64,000 nucleotides of DNA from assembly GCA_002269645.1 (NCBI GenBank), contig NIVC01000140.1, positions 558,001 through 622,000 on the forward strand, in the 5' to 3' direction. Every line of letters begins with the position of its first letter. The stretch's first letter is position 1. Shown here one piece after another: positions 1-13,031 of the stretch. The notes under the pieces were generated by a model. That model was not told the origin of the DNA and searched no databases. It saw nothing but the letters and a program-made list of their open reading frames with translations. A program made the translations under genes and the position numbers. Source of the stretch: Macrostomum lignano (lineage: Eukaryota).

Positions 1-883
1 ACTTATTTTTCAACTCAGAGCTGTCTGTCGAAAGGAAAGAAGCAAATCCCTTGCGGTGTCTGCAAAAAGGTTGCATACTAATAGTTAAATCAAACTTTTG
101 TCCTCAGGTGAGGTCCTGGCTCAGCGGTTGAGACCAGCTGACACCGAGTAAGAACTCGGGAATCGGTCCTGGCTTATCGCGAGAACCTTCAAATTAATTT
201 TGGTAACCAAAGAAACTCGCAGTTGCGGTTCGTGGCAGAATTAAATTTTGTGCTTGCTAGATAATACCAAATATAGTGAGTCAGGTGTCCAGTCCGCAAC
301 TATCTTATGCTTACATGATAGACCGTGGTAGATTTTGCATATATGGTTTTGGAGGTAGACAGAATATGTATAAATAATCATGATTCATTCTCTCGTGACT
401 AAAATTAACCATTGTTTCATGGATGCATTTTTAGTAGCCTTAATGATTTCGAAGTGTTGAGTAATGGGCGTACAGCATGGGACAGTGATAGCTTACAGAC
501 AGGCCTCTAAAGGCCGGCCGTATTATGAGTGAGGCTCATAGCTCAAACTCGCCATACCGTATTCAAGACTATTTCATAGTCAACGAGAACGTATAATGCA
601 TAATTCAAAACAATTAATGGTTTGGGTTGGGTTAGCGCCCACGCAGTTTCTCTTTGTACCGTTGTTTAAATAACTATCAACCCCCCAAAACATTTGCTGC
701 GAGTCTTCTGGTTTACGCGTTCGCAGGCTGCTGGCTTGGCCCTCAAACCTCAGCTTCTTTATTTTCCTTTGGGCATTGAGATCGGCTAGTCTAGAGCTGG
801 TCTGTCTGGATAGCTGCGGTCGAGACGAGTAAAGGTCATTGTTTTTTACGCTCCGATGTAAGCACTTTTCCACTGCTTACATT

Positions 884-996
884 TCTCCTCTTCTCTCCTC
901 TCCTCTGCTCTCCTCTTTCCTCTCCTCTCCTCTCCTCTCCTCTCCTCTCCTCTCCTCTCCTATTCTCTCCTCTCCTCTGCTCTCCTCTCCCCTCTC
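884..996. repeat. (CTCCT)n pentanucleotide microsatellite, degenerate
   Basis: Run of ctcct units; explains the LLSSP / EERRG spurious ORFs. Confidence 0.95.
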
Positions 997-1713
997 ACCA
1001 GATCGAGCGTATTTCATCATTACTGTTGCTGCCCGGCCTCTATAAAATTGGTAACAAATGCCCAGCGCCATTTTCCGGTATTACTTTTGAAAGACCGGCT
1101 AGATCTTGGCTAGAACAGTCAAAGAGCTCCATTCATAACTGTGAAATAAAATAATGTATTAAATTTTACTGGAAATTGCTGAATTATGATTATAATCTAT
1201 ATTTCGCAGGGAGATACAGATTTGTACACACAAACATGCAAAGTTCTAATTGTGTTCTTAACGCCACTATACTACTGTTAGTGGGATTAGGAAAATTCTT
1301 AGAATTAAAGGAAAGTTTGAAATGGATCTTTGCATTAGCTTTCACAGAAATAGGTGCGTTATTAGGTAAATAAAAAACAAACCACTCTGAAGCATCGATG
1401 AACAAATAGCGAGTAGACGATAGAATAGCACATAGCGTGTGCTCAATACAGAACTAGGTTAGTGAAGACAACCATTTTTTTATTTAGCATGCACAACATG
1501 TTACTCTGCTGTATTTTATATAGTTATGCAGTAAAAGTTTCATTTCCTATTTTTTCTTTTTATAAGCCTAAAGTTGTACAATAAATACAAAACTGGCATT
1601 AGCTAACATTTTTATACTGCTAGTGGAAAGATTTATTTTTCAATGAGTAATTGGATTAATCCAGTTCTTAGTCTGTTGCGATCTTACTAAGGATTTCCTC
1701 GTTTGCACGGCGT

Positions 1714-2484
1714 TTACGAGTATTTGTCGAATAGTAGTAAAGCGAATCGCCGAGCCGTTTTGGGCACCTTGTTCATCAACTCAACCCTAGCGATCGCCGC
1801 ACTCGCGTTCTGCATGATTGGCTTCGCCGCCTCCGCAGCCAGTTGAGCAACTTGCGACTTCGTTGCCTCTTTTGCAGTGTCGGCCAGAGCTTCCTCCAGA
1901 ATATAAGTTGCAGACTTCTGGCCAAAAGTTTCCATCGCTTCTTTGGCTCCGTCAGCAGCCATGGACATGGCTGTGTCCTTCAGTACATCACTAGCACTCG
2001 TCTTAAACACCTCCTTCATAGTTGACTTGACCGATGAATCGATCACTCCCTTGCCGAGCTCCTTGCCGAGCTCGCGCCCTATCTGCTTCTTCATGGCCTT
2101 CGATGCTTGTTTGGCGCTCGCGACAGCCGCGTTCTTGGCGGCTCCCTCCAACCCCTCCTGCGCGATCTTCTTGCCCGCTTCCTCTCCGATCTTCTTGGTG
2201 CCCTGCTTGGCTGCCTTTTTTGCTGCATCAACCACCGTATTCTTGCCAGCCTCCGTCGCACCGGAAAACGCCGACGAAAGGGAGCCCATACTATAAAAGT
2301 CTACAATGCATGAGCCTGCATCAAATGCAGCTTCAAGCAGGTTTCCATTGCATACATTGAAGACCAAGCTGGTTCCGTTGAATGCCAAGCTGACTGCAGC
2401 TCCACCAATGGGGCCGCCAACAGCAGTCACCGCTGTACACGCACTGATCTTCGCTAGCGTGGAGCTGTATGTCCTCCAGGACAT
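1714..2484 (-). CDS. 256-aa hypothetical protein: N-terminal Gly-rich hydrophobic segment followed by a long Ala/Lys/Glu amphipathic helical region
   Basis: ATG-initiated, non-repetitive, GC-rich ORF in AT-rich flanks; TAVTAVGGPIGGAAVSLAF hydrophobic stretch, then AAKKAAKQGTKKIGEEAGKKIAQEGLEGAAK-type helices. Confidence 0.7.
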   Translation of the reverse strand: MSWRTYSSTLAKISACTAVTAVGGPIGGAAVSLAFNGTSLVFNVCNGNLLEAAFDAGSCIVDFYSMGSLSSAFSGATEAGKNTVVDAAKKAAKQGTKKIGEEAGKKIAQEGLEGAAKNAAVASAKQASKAMKKQIGRELGKELGKGVIDSSVKSTMKEVFKTSASDVLKDTAMSMAADGAKEAMETFGQKSATYILEEALADTAKEATKSQVAQLAAEAAKPIMQNASAAIARVELMNKVPKTARRFALLLFDKYS

Positions 2485-3049
2485 TTCTCGGCAGAATTAC
2501 AAGCTGCTATCTAGAATGCTAGCAGCTCCACCAGTGCACGCATTCTTATTCTCGTAGAAGATATCTTGCATCAGAGCCAAAATTAGAAACCACTGAGGTT
2601 AGGAGAAAGCCGGGTACTACCAAGTTTATTTTTCATTGTGGCTTTGGCGACTCTCGAATGTCTTATTCTCGTACGAGTATTAGAGTGACGGTTTAATTAA
2701 GCAGCGAGGAAGAAAATCTCACTGAATTTAGCAATTGCGTCGCCATGGATTTTATGGTGGGGGACAAAGCCGAGAATTGTTTCAGCTTACTGTGGGGTGC
2801 GCACCTGTCAGGTGTGCGTTCAAGATGCTCGCAGATTGTGCAGGCAAAACTGAAGTTCTTTTTCTAGTGTGCAGCTGTGGTAGCTGCAGGGGTCTAAATA
2901 TAAAAATAACTCAAGCTCACTACAGGGTTTGAGAAATTCTAACTGACAAGCAATTTCATTTGAATTCAAAAATATTTTTGATATAAGTTTTGCTGTGTAA
3001 GCTGAATTAGCCAAGCAGTGTCTGGTGGCGTGATCTGATGGTTATCTTT

Positions 3050-3191
3050 TCTCTCCTCTCCTCTCCTCTCCTCTCCTCTCCTCTCCTCTCCTCTCCTCTC
3101 CTCTCCTCTCCTCTCCTCTCCTCTCCTCTCCTCTCCTCTCCTCTCCTCTCCTCTCCTCTCCTCTCCTCTCCTCTCCTCTCCTCTCCTCTCC
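3050..3191. repeat. (CTCCT)n microsatellite
   Basis: About 28 near-perfect units; paralogous tract at 27644-27775. Confidence 0.95.
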
Positions 3192-4420
3192 TTGCCTCTT
3201 TAGTATACATTCAATACGCATTTAGGGTCAGCCAGTCGTACTCAAAGTTTTTCCTCCTGAGCGTTCACAAGAATGCAGCAGTGCAGTTTACTCAATGGGC
3301 AGGTGCAGTTCGGAGAAGTTCGAACTGAGCAGTGCAGTCCGAATCTTCCTGCGTACATTTGAGTTGCTTTTTTGCGCACGGGATTGTGCTGTGAGAATGC
3401 AAGTTTGAACGACTAAACGATGAAATTGAGTCACAGCATGACGCACAAGACAGCAGCTTCTTTCTTCTTTTCGATTAAAATTGTCATGGCTGCAGTTGAA
3501 AGTGCCATAAAAATAATTGCGGAATTCTTCCATCTCTTCGCCTCCAGTTTCTAAACCTTTTGGTTCTCATCTGCTACCTGACTCTCATCTCCAGCCATCA
3601 GCTGCCCCACCAGACCCTGAGTAGCCAATTATCCTCATCTGCTCATCTGACAGTTCATTGGAAACCGCACCTCGCACAGAAGTTGTGTTCTCATAGTCCA
3701 ATGAGAACGCAGGAGCTGAAAAAGTCCTAAATAAGAGTTCTCTGAGCCCTTGTATTTCAAGGGTTCACCGCAATGTTAAATGAAAGTAAGCAAGCAGTTT
3801 GTGAGGAGAGACGTCTGGCCTCACAATGCAGTGCTCGAACTGCTCACAGAGATTTAATTTCTATTTTTGTCTCTTTGCCAAGATGGAAGTTCAGTCATTA
3901 ATGTGCGCAGCTGCAGAAAAAGCGGTTACAGAGGCCGTTGTCACCTGATCTGAGCAGCTGAGGCCATGAAAATTAAACAATTCTAGTAGAAAGGAAGCTG
4001 CAAGGTGACTGGCATGCTACTCTCAGTAGTTACTAACATAATTATTGATTATTTATTTATCATCTCAAGTCCCTTGCGATGATACAGCTACAAAGGAGAG
4101 AACTTTAAAAAAGTTTAGACTGAACTTGGCAGCCCCTAGGCAGTCTGCGTTCTTTGTAACTACCTGTAACAGACTGCACAGGTACGCTTTGGTTGGATTG
4201 TGCGCCTCTGGTAACTGCAACGCGCCATGGCCAATCATCAGCCCAGACCGATTTACGTGCGATTCGGGATTTGAGAAGATGAAACTGGTTTGAGACGGCT
4301 TAGTCTAAAACTTTTTGTAGTTTTTTCCGTGAAAGAACAGAAGCATTGAAATATGCCTTGGATTGATCTTTGTATTCCCATCTTCATGTCACTCTCTTCT
4401 CTTCCTCTCTTCTCCTCTCC

Positions 4421-4727
4421 CAGCTGCTTCTGTTCCCAATGCGATAATCAGCTGTCCTTGTCTCCCAGCTCCTTCTGTTCCCGATGCGATAATCAGCTGT
4501 CCTTGTCTCCCAACTGCTTCTGTTCCCGATGCGATAATCAGCTGTCCTTGTCTCCCAGCTGCTTCTGTTCCCAATGCGATAATCAGCTGTCCTTGTCTCC
4601 CAGCTGCTTCTGTTCCCAATGCGATAATCAGCTGTCCTTGTCTCCCAGCTGCTTCTGTTCCCGATGCGATAATCAGCTGTCCTTGTCTCCCAGCTGCTTC
4701 TGTTCCCGATGCGATAATCAGCTGTCT
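4421..4727. repeat. 45-bp minisatellite, about 7 copies
   Basis: Unit cagctgcttctgttcccaatgcgataatcagctgtccttgtctcc. Confidence 0.95.
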
Positions 4728-4736
4728 AGCTGTCTG

Positions 4737-5010
4737 CAGCTCAGGCAGTCAATGTGCTGAAGGAAGTGTCCGGAGTACCGGCCTGGATTTGTTCCATCGA
4801 TGTGTTCTGGAGCGGCTGACTGAGGCCGACAGAGCCGCGTTCACAGGGCGCTGAGAGACTGACTGGTCGTCTCGCTAAAGGGTCCGCAGAGTTGGAAGTA
4901 AGGTTGCCAGTCTTACTGAGTCAGTCTATCGCGTCGGAGCCTTCAGGACGCACGCTGGGGGCTGGGCGTCTTAAATGGGAACCTGCACATCACCTGCTCG
5001 CTGTTTCACA
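4737..5010 (+). pseudogene. Deletion-riddled relic of the 3' part of the VWA-C1A protease gene
   Basis: gtgtccggagtaccgg, catcgatgtgttctgga, gctgactgaggccgacagagccgc and acctgcacatcacctgctcgctg align in order with 25260-25870; translation LTEADRAAF versus LTEAERAAF. Confidence 0.8.
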
Positions 5011-5280
5011 TATCGATCACAAACTGCGATCTTTTAATAGCAGCAAGATGCTGGCTGCTTGTTGACAGATTTGGAGAATTTTCAATAACTTCGGATTTCT
5101 CTTTTTGTAAACTTATCAATTTTGGCTTGCTGAAATAAATTTATATCTACGAGTGTATTTCTTTTGCTTATTTCTCAGTACCTGAAGCCGAGAAGAATCG
5201 CGCTATTGTATTGTAAGTAGTAATTTTTGCACTGTTTTTCGTGCGAATCACAGTGTGTTGTGTCCCAAGTCTATCAATTA

Positions 5281-6434
5281 GCACTGACTGGCACTGACTG
5301 GCTCTGACTGACACTGACTGGCTCTGACTGGCACTGACTGGCACTGACTGGCTCTAACTGGCACTGACTGGCTCTGACTGGCTCTGACTGGCTCTGACTG
5401 ACACTGACTGGCTCTGACTGGCACTGACTGGCACTGACTGGCTCTAACTGGCACTGACTGGCTCTGACTGGCTCTGACTGGCTCTGACTGACACTGACTG
5501 GCTCTGACTGGCACTGACTGGCACTGACTGGCTCTAACTGGCACTGACTGGCTCTGACTGGCTCTGACTGGCTCTGACTGACACTGACTGGCTCTGACTG
5601 GCACTGACTGGCACTGACTGGCTCTAACTGGCACTGACTGGCTCTGACTGGCTCTGACTGGCTCTGACTGACACTGACTGGCTCTGACTGGCACTGACTG
5701 GCACTGACTGGCTCTAACTGGCACTGACTGGCTCTGACTGGCTCTGACTGGCTCTGACTGACACTGACTGGCTCTGACTGGCACTGACTGGCTCTGACTG
5801 GCACTGACTGGCACTGACTGGCTCTAACTGGCTCTGACTGGCACTGACTGGCTCTAACTGGCTCTGACTGGCTCTGACTGGCTCTAACTGGCACTGACTG
5901 GCTCTAACTGGCTCTGACTGGCTCTAACTGGCACTGACTGGCTCTAACTGGCACTGACTGGCTCTAACTGGCACTGACTGGCTCTAACTGGCTCTGACTG
6001 GCTCTAACTGGCACTGACTGGCTCTAACTGGCTCTGACTGGCTCTAACTGGCACTGACTGGCTCTAACTGGCTCTGACTGGCTCTGACTGACACTGACTG
6101 GCTCTGACTGGCACTGACTGGCTCTGACTGGCACTGACTGGCTCTGACTGGCACTGACTGGCTCTGACTGGCTCTGACTGGCTCTGACTGGCTCTGACTG
6201 GCTCTGACTGGCTCTGACTGGCTCTGACTGGCTCTGACTGGCTCTGACTGGCTCTGACTGGCACTGACTGGCACTGACTGGCACTGACTGGCACTGACTG
6301 GCACTGACTGGCTCTGACTGGCTCTGACTGGCACTGACTGGCACTGACTGGCACTGACTGGCACTGACTGGCACTGACTGGCACTGACTGGCACTGACTG
6401 GCACTAACTGGCACTGACTGGCACTGACTGGCAC
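5281..6434. repeat. 10-bp satellite (gcactgactg/gctctgactg) with a 90-bp higher-order repeat in its left part
   Basis: Variant unit acactgactg recurs at 5311, 5401, 5491, 5581, 5671 and 5761. Confidence 0.95.
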
Positions 6435-7639
6435 TTTCCAGTATCCGAGAGATAATCAAACATTCACTGGATTTAAAGAAAATAAATGAGAAAAGAAAAG
6501 TACAGATTTCGACAATGTATTCCTACTTTACCGGCCTTCCACTTTTCTGAGGAACAAAGTATACTATCTGCTTCTATCATTTAGATTTTTGGATTTTGTT
6601 GTGGAATGAAAACATGGTAAAACGGAGACAGGGTCCCTGACGTATTTCTCTATGCATTTCGGACGTTTCAGATGCTGCAAAGACCATCAGTAGCAGCGGC
6701 AGCGCAATGCAATTTCTGACGGGTATCTTCTGCTGGGAAAACACAGTTTGCTGGTGTTGTGACACGGCCGTTGAACCGATCGTGTGCTTCCCAGTTATTC
6801 CCAAGAAATTCAGAGCAGTGAGCACTTGATGGAGTCAGTCGCCCTGGCCGGACTGACTTCGGAATCTGATCGTTCGTCTCTATGACTTTAGAGACGTGGT
6901 CAGTCCGTCCCTATGACTGTCCCGTACAATATGCAGGGTCACCCTCGAAGCAAACAAGGCTGCATGGCCATTGCCACTGTTGTATCCTCGTACTCGTAGA
7001 ATTGATGGGCGAGGTCGCCGCAAAATGGCACGCAAACTGAAAGCCAATTTTCAGGTTAGGAGCGAAGGCACTTTCTCTGCCCGCTGCCCACATACGAGCT
7101 CGTATCTCCTTATATTTGAGTCCACTCACTTTTAGCCCTAGGGTCTGAAGATCCACGAGCTCAAGCCAGGTCGAAAATTACACTAAAACCAGCAGCCAAT
7201 GAGAAGGCAGAAGAGAGCACAGGCAGCTGGGTGTTGACAGCTGGGGGCCGGGTCAGCCAATCACAGCAGAATGGGGGAGTGGGGTGGTCGCAGGTCTGGT
7301 GTGTAAACAACTTAGAGGGGCAGAGAAAATGGGGTGGGGCACAATCAAGTTAGCAGCTTAGGGGGCGCAGAGAGAAAGAAACGTGTTGCAGTGCAGTGCC
7401 GGGCAACCTTGACTCAGAGCCAGAGGTTGCTCATCAGTGCACCCGGGCACAGCGCTGCAAAAAAGACTTGCTTTGATTTATTTCGGTATTAAAACTTGAA
7501 AATTATAAGCTGAACTTTATCGGCTATCAAGAAGACTCCAGACCTAAAAACTCGAATGTACATACAGAATTGTTTATCAAAGCGCAAAAAGCTAAAAGCT
7601 TAACAGAAGCTTTATCAAATGCAATTTTCAAGGCGCTGA

Positions 7640-7745
7640 AGGCGAGTGATGCAATGCTGCATTAGTGAGGTGAAGGCGAATGATGCAATGCTGCATAGTG
7701 AGGTTGAGGCGAATGATGCAATGTACACTGCAGAGGTGAAGGCGC
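7640..7745. repeat. 32-33-bp minisatellite (gatgcaatgctgcattagtgaggtgaaggc), about 3 copies
   Basis: Same family as the arrays at 21770, 32146, 45745 and 49700. Confidence 0.85.
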
Positions 7746-8232
7746 ACCCGGTCAGCACTCACTCAATCTCGCACAACCAGTGCATGATACTGTTTTAAAT
7801 TCTAAATAATTTTTCCGGATATTTTAACTTATTAAAACAAACGTTAATTTCACTGGAAGGAAATTAACGTTTGAATGCTATTTGTTAAAGCAAATTATAA
7901 ATATTTTCCATTTACCTTATTTATTGGGCCTAATTGAATATTCCCAATTTCTATCTGCTGCGATATTTATTTTATTCATAAATTAAATTATTCCAGTCAG
8001 TGCTGCCAGTTTTCCTTAAGTAAAGCCACAACTTGAGCCAAAAAATTGAAAGGATTCTCAATGGTAAGCTGCACGAAATTTCTGCTTTCCGAAATTCAGA
8101 AAAAATGAAACAGAATGAACTGGTTGTTCTTCCTGTCTTGAACAGAATGAAAGATTTTTTCATTATCATAATTTCTATATCTTAAATTCACTAAGTACAC
8201 ATATTTTATAATAAAGTTATTTATGTATCAAA

Positions 8233-8905
8233 TCTCTACATATAAAAATCAAAACTCTGTCTGTCTGTCTGTCTGTCTGTGGACAAATTACTTCGCTATG
8301 GACTCCCAAACCGCTTAACCAAATTACAGCAAACTTTACACCCACCCTAAACTCACTACGAAGAATGTCTTAGGCTACCTTTTAATTTCCTAGACTCAAG
8401 TCTTCCTACCTAAAAGTACAAAAAACTGCTCAAAATGCGCGATTTTTTCACTAAATTCTCCATAGCGCCGCTTCACTTTTACCGATTCTTTTCAAATTTG
8501 ACACAGACAATCTTCAACTATTTTGGCACAATCATGTAAAATTTCGAGTCTCAAAGTTAATCCTGAGCGGTGCTGTGCACTTTTAAAATTAGGCTGTTTT
8601 TTTCAGCGTAGCAACCACCCCAACCTCCGCCCGCCTGCTTCTCTTTCCCGATCTGGGCCGATGTGTAAAAGGGTTTCAAAATTGACTAACTTTCAGCTGC
8701 CATAAGTTTGCTCCACGTAAAGCGATTAACTTCAAATTTAACACAATTCTTCTTTGACTCATTCTCTGTCTAAATGTAAAGTCTCAACTCTGTATCTCAA
8801 TCAGGACAGAAACTGTAAGCATGTGAAGTTTGTCTGCTTTTTCTGTTGTTTGTGCCACTCACTCACTCATTCCCCCAGAGCCAGACGAAGGGTCAGGCGA
8901 TAGGA
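8233..8905 (+). mobile_element. Non-autonomous Helitron-like element; 5' end clear, 3' end uncertain
   Basis: Begins TCTCTACATATAAAAATCAAAAC(TCTG)n right after an A. Paralogous empty sites (23270-23285, 33540-33555) read tatcaga|tgct, consistent with A|T insertion. Imperfect GAA-loop hairpin at 8880-8898 but no clean CTRR. Confidence 0.5.
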
Positions 8906-10619
8906 CTGAATGTACATAGCAAATGTACAGTGTTTTGGAATAACTTTATTTATAGCCTTCTCTGCACCCTGAGAGTGGAGAGGCTACGTTTAGCCATAAC
9001 AGTTTAGTGAGAAATTCTAACCACTGCTCTCCCCTCTGTATAGGCAAACTCTGCAGCAGTTTAACAGTGGATGGCAATTGGCAAATCGAGGGAATCCAGC
9101 ATGGTTTGTAAAAGCGAAAGATTTATGAAAAGGCGATGCGATGCAATGCAATACAACCCTACTAAATTAGGCACATCATGGAAATTTTAGGTTTCTTTTA
9201 AAGGTACTGTGTAAATATTAAATGGCCTCCTAAGAAATGCGTATTTCCTTGGTTGTTAGACTGATGCAGACTGCAGTGGAGCTGAAGATACACAAATTCC
9301 TTTCAGGGCTGCAAATTGGCAAGAAAGATGACGTGATCAAAGCATGAGAACAACCATGAGAGTACTACGTCCCACAAACTGGCTTTCCAAGCAGGGATGG
9401 ACAGACTTTTACCTCAAAGGCCAGTGTGATAAATAGGCAATTAGATAATAGCATGCACGGTAAGCAATTATTTAGGCCCTAGACAAACCTACTTGGAGCG
9501 TTTGGAGATTTTAAAGCTATTAATCCTAATCGCCTATCGCCGGTCGGCGAGTCCTACCAGTCTTTCTCCAATAGCCGCAGGTACAGTACAAGAAAAGAAA
9601 GAACACGAGGGAAAACAAACCGAAAGATTTAGAGAGTGATAATCCTATATGATACAACTGATAATTGGCTAGACGGTTTAATTTGATTACTTAAGTTATA
9701 AGATTCAAGCAAATTTGCGACGCAGATAATTAGACTGATGATAACGAATAGTAACGATTAATAATAATGATTATATTACGCACTGACAAGCGGATCTCAG
9801 CTTGAAGAAGAAGAAGAAGAACCGAACACGACCACGGAGAAGACTCCTAACCCCTGGCCTAAGCCAGAACCTACACTCAAACGAGAGCCCTGCCGAACCG
9901 ACCGTTCAACGGAGTACCGACTAAATTCTATCGGCACTGCCCTTCAGTGTAACACTGAGGCCCTCGGGGTCGAGGCCGCGTACTTGATCAGATCCGACAG
10001 TCTCTATCTAACCGCGCTTGATAGCGACGACTTCAGACAGAAATTTGCCGTAGACGTTACGCCACAAGACTACTGCGGTTGAGCGGGAACAAAAAAATAT
10101 GGACCGGGGTGATGAATTCAGGCGCCTCAAAGCGCGAACCAACAAGAGGAGAAAATCGGGCCACCGGCCGGGAAGCAAAACAAAACCGGGGAAAGAGAGG
10201 GAAAAAGGCGAGATCCGATTGCCAAATACACTTTCATTTATAGTCAGAGTCACAACCCCTCAAAACCCCCTCAAGCCGGGTGGTGGTCGTCTGGCCGGCC
10301 GCTCGCTTAAGCCGAATTGCACTGTGCCCGCGGCGCCGGGTAAAATTGAAACTTGCCGCGTGCCAGGGTCCAGGCCGGTTCTGATTGGCTGGCCGCGCAA
10401 AGCTGGGGTTCGCAGACAAACTCAACCCTCCGCTGAGTCACAAACGGCGTCTAACTCTAACCTGTTTACGCAAAATTGATTCCAACTAACAAGGAAAAAG
10501 TACACCAAAAACGTATGACTAAACTAAAGCAAAATAACAATTCAATAACAATATAGAAACTAATGCAGTCAATTTACAACAAAATATACGCAAAGATGCT
10601 CACACTACACCAGATAAAG

Positions 10620-11376
10620 AATCCAGCTCATAGCTGAGGGGCAGATGAAAGTGGAAAGAAGAAGGAATAGACGATTCGAAGAGAGGAGAGGCGACAGAGG
10701 GGATAAAAGAAAAGATAAAAGATATTAGGAGAGATGAGGGGGTGAGGACGATGAGAGAGAGGGGGAGAAGAGGGGAGAGAGGAAAAGCGAGAGGAGAGAG
10801 TAGAGATGAGAGAGCAGAGAGCTGCAGATGAGAGGAGAGAGGAGACAGCAGAGAGGAGAGCAGAGAGGAAACAGGTGAAAGAAGAGATGAGAGAGTAAAG
10901 GGAAGAGAGAAGAGATAAAGATACATCTCTACATCTCTAAGGTTGTAGAGATGAGAGAGGTGGAAGGAGAGATGAGAGAGGTGGAAGGAGAGATGAGAAA
11001 TGAGAGATGAGAGATAACGGAGAGAGGAGAGTGGAGTGAGAGAAGAGAGGGAGACAGAGTATAGAAAAGGTAAGAGAAGAGAAAAGAAGAAAGGAGAAAG
11101 GAAAGTGAGGAGTCAAAAGAGGGGAAAGAAAAGAGTACAGAGGAGAGAGGTGAGAGAGCATATAAGACAGAGATGCCAGATTAAAGAGGGGGGATGAGAG
11201 AGCAGAGACGAGAGTGAACAGATAAAAGATGGGAGAGTAGAGAGAACAGAGGAGAGGTTACAGAGACGAGAGGAGAGAGGAGAGACAAAGGTAGAGAAGT
11301 GAGTGAGGAGAGAGGAGAGGAAAGGGGAGAATGGAGAGGGTAGAGAGTAAAGAGAGGAGAGATAAGAGAGAAAGAC

Positions 11377-11461
<85 letters not shown>

Positions 11462-11480
11462 TAAGAGAGAAAGACAGAGA

Positions 11481-11545
<65 letters not shown>

Positions 11546-11790
11546 CAGAGAGAAATGAGAAGAGATAAGAGAGAAAAGATAAAAGAAGAGAAAGGAAAGA
11601 TAAGAGAGCAAAGACGAGAGAGAAAAGAGGTGAGGGAAGAGACGAGAGAAGAGGGGAGAGATGAGAGAGTAGAGGAGAGAGTTAAGAGAAGAGAGAAAAG
11701 AATAGAAAGGAGAAGGAAGATAAGAGAGAAGAGGGGTGAGAGGAGAGAGGAGAGACAAGGGACGAGAGAGATGAGAGGAAACAAAGAGAC
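10620..11790. repeat. Purine-rich (GA)n / low-complexity tract
   Basis: Almost only A and G on the + strand, with pure (GA)n runs near 11380-11540. Confidence 0.95.
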
Positions 11791-13031
11791 GATAGAAATT
11801 TTAAAGGATCCAAGGGACATAGGTAGAGTCAGGGAGAGACCAGAGTTTAGCTATATATGTTTTAGAGTCAGACAGACATTGCCTAACATTCTGCGCAGTA
11901 CCCCAGCCAACAATGTCTCAAACCCTAATTTTACACGTATGTGCTCCATTTTATGTCTACCTCTATCCTACTAACTATTAACAAGTTTTTGTTTGTGTAT
12001 GGCCTTAGATTTCAGAATACATGCAAAAGTAGTTCCGGGTATTGGAATTCCCCGGGTTCAAAATCCGCGGGTTTCAACAGCTTGTACCGTATAAGAAAAA
12101 ATCTGTAAACAATTTAACTTGAGAACAATAAAAGGTTCATAAATAGAAAGAATAGATTACACTTCTGCGGCGCTTAAGTAAACAAATTCAAAAATTAGAA
12201 CAATTTTACGTAAGAAAAACAAAATTCATCTTTCAAAACAACAGCAAAAGCAGTTTTTAAAATAAATTTCCTCAACATAAATTGCCTGTTCTTAACTGGG
12301 ATTCAACTGCCTCTTCCATTTGTGTTCGTTTGCCTTTCCCAGAAGATCAGCTCGAAACAATCGGCGAGCCCAGTCTTCGCACCTGAAAGATGCAAGAGCG
12401 TTTGAACACTAAAGTGATTCTAAAATCAAATAAGAAAACTCATACCACAGGAGTCAACTATGTGTTCTCTGAAATACATGCCTTGCACTGTCTCCAGAAG
12501 GAAATGCATGAAATTGCGTCAAATGCGGGCACCTGTAGGCATAGGAATTGCAGCCATAAGCTGCGCACTGGGCTCGAGATTTTGTCATGATAACACTGCA
12601 CTGCTTTCACCGCAGAACGCAGAATGTTTGTTGACCTACAACGCATGGTTACTAAAAAACACAAGACAAAAATCACAAGCCCATGCGAGTGATATCGTCT
12701 ATGGTGATTCTTCTCCATACTACTTTCCCACAGCTTCACAGGAAGAATAGCACAAAGCGAAAATAATTTTGCATTGAGATTTTTTCTTCGGGGTGGCTGA
12801 ATGAGCATTCTGTGGTATTCTGTGCTCCCACCCCACTCCGCTATACGAGTTTAGGAGTTTAGGTATAGAATGAAATGATGCTGCTGCTTATCGATTTCTC
12901 GCTAGAGCAGTTTTGTACGCGAACTTTTGTAACACCTCTCGTATTAATAGCTTGCTAACTGGAAAAAGAATATATTGACAGTAATACTGCATATTTGCAG
13001 CAATCTGCTTTAAACTTTGCTAAAATAAATC

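Noticed and set aside
117-175. tRNA or SINE head (A-box-like TGGCTCAGCGG)
   Set aside because: No convincing B box or cloverleaf.
3288-3533. Possible hAT dimerisation-domain remnant (also 12458-12808)
   Set aside because: Only vague resemblance (LHL..SCER); frames differ between duplicates and no diagnostic motif is intact.
10600-11974. Ser/Leu-rich and Arg/Glu-rich ORFs
   Set aside because: Translations of a (GA)n low-complexity tract.
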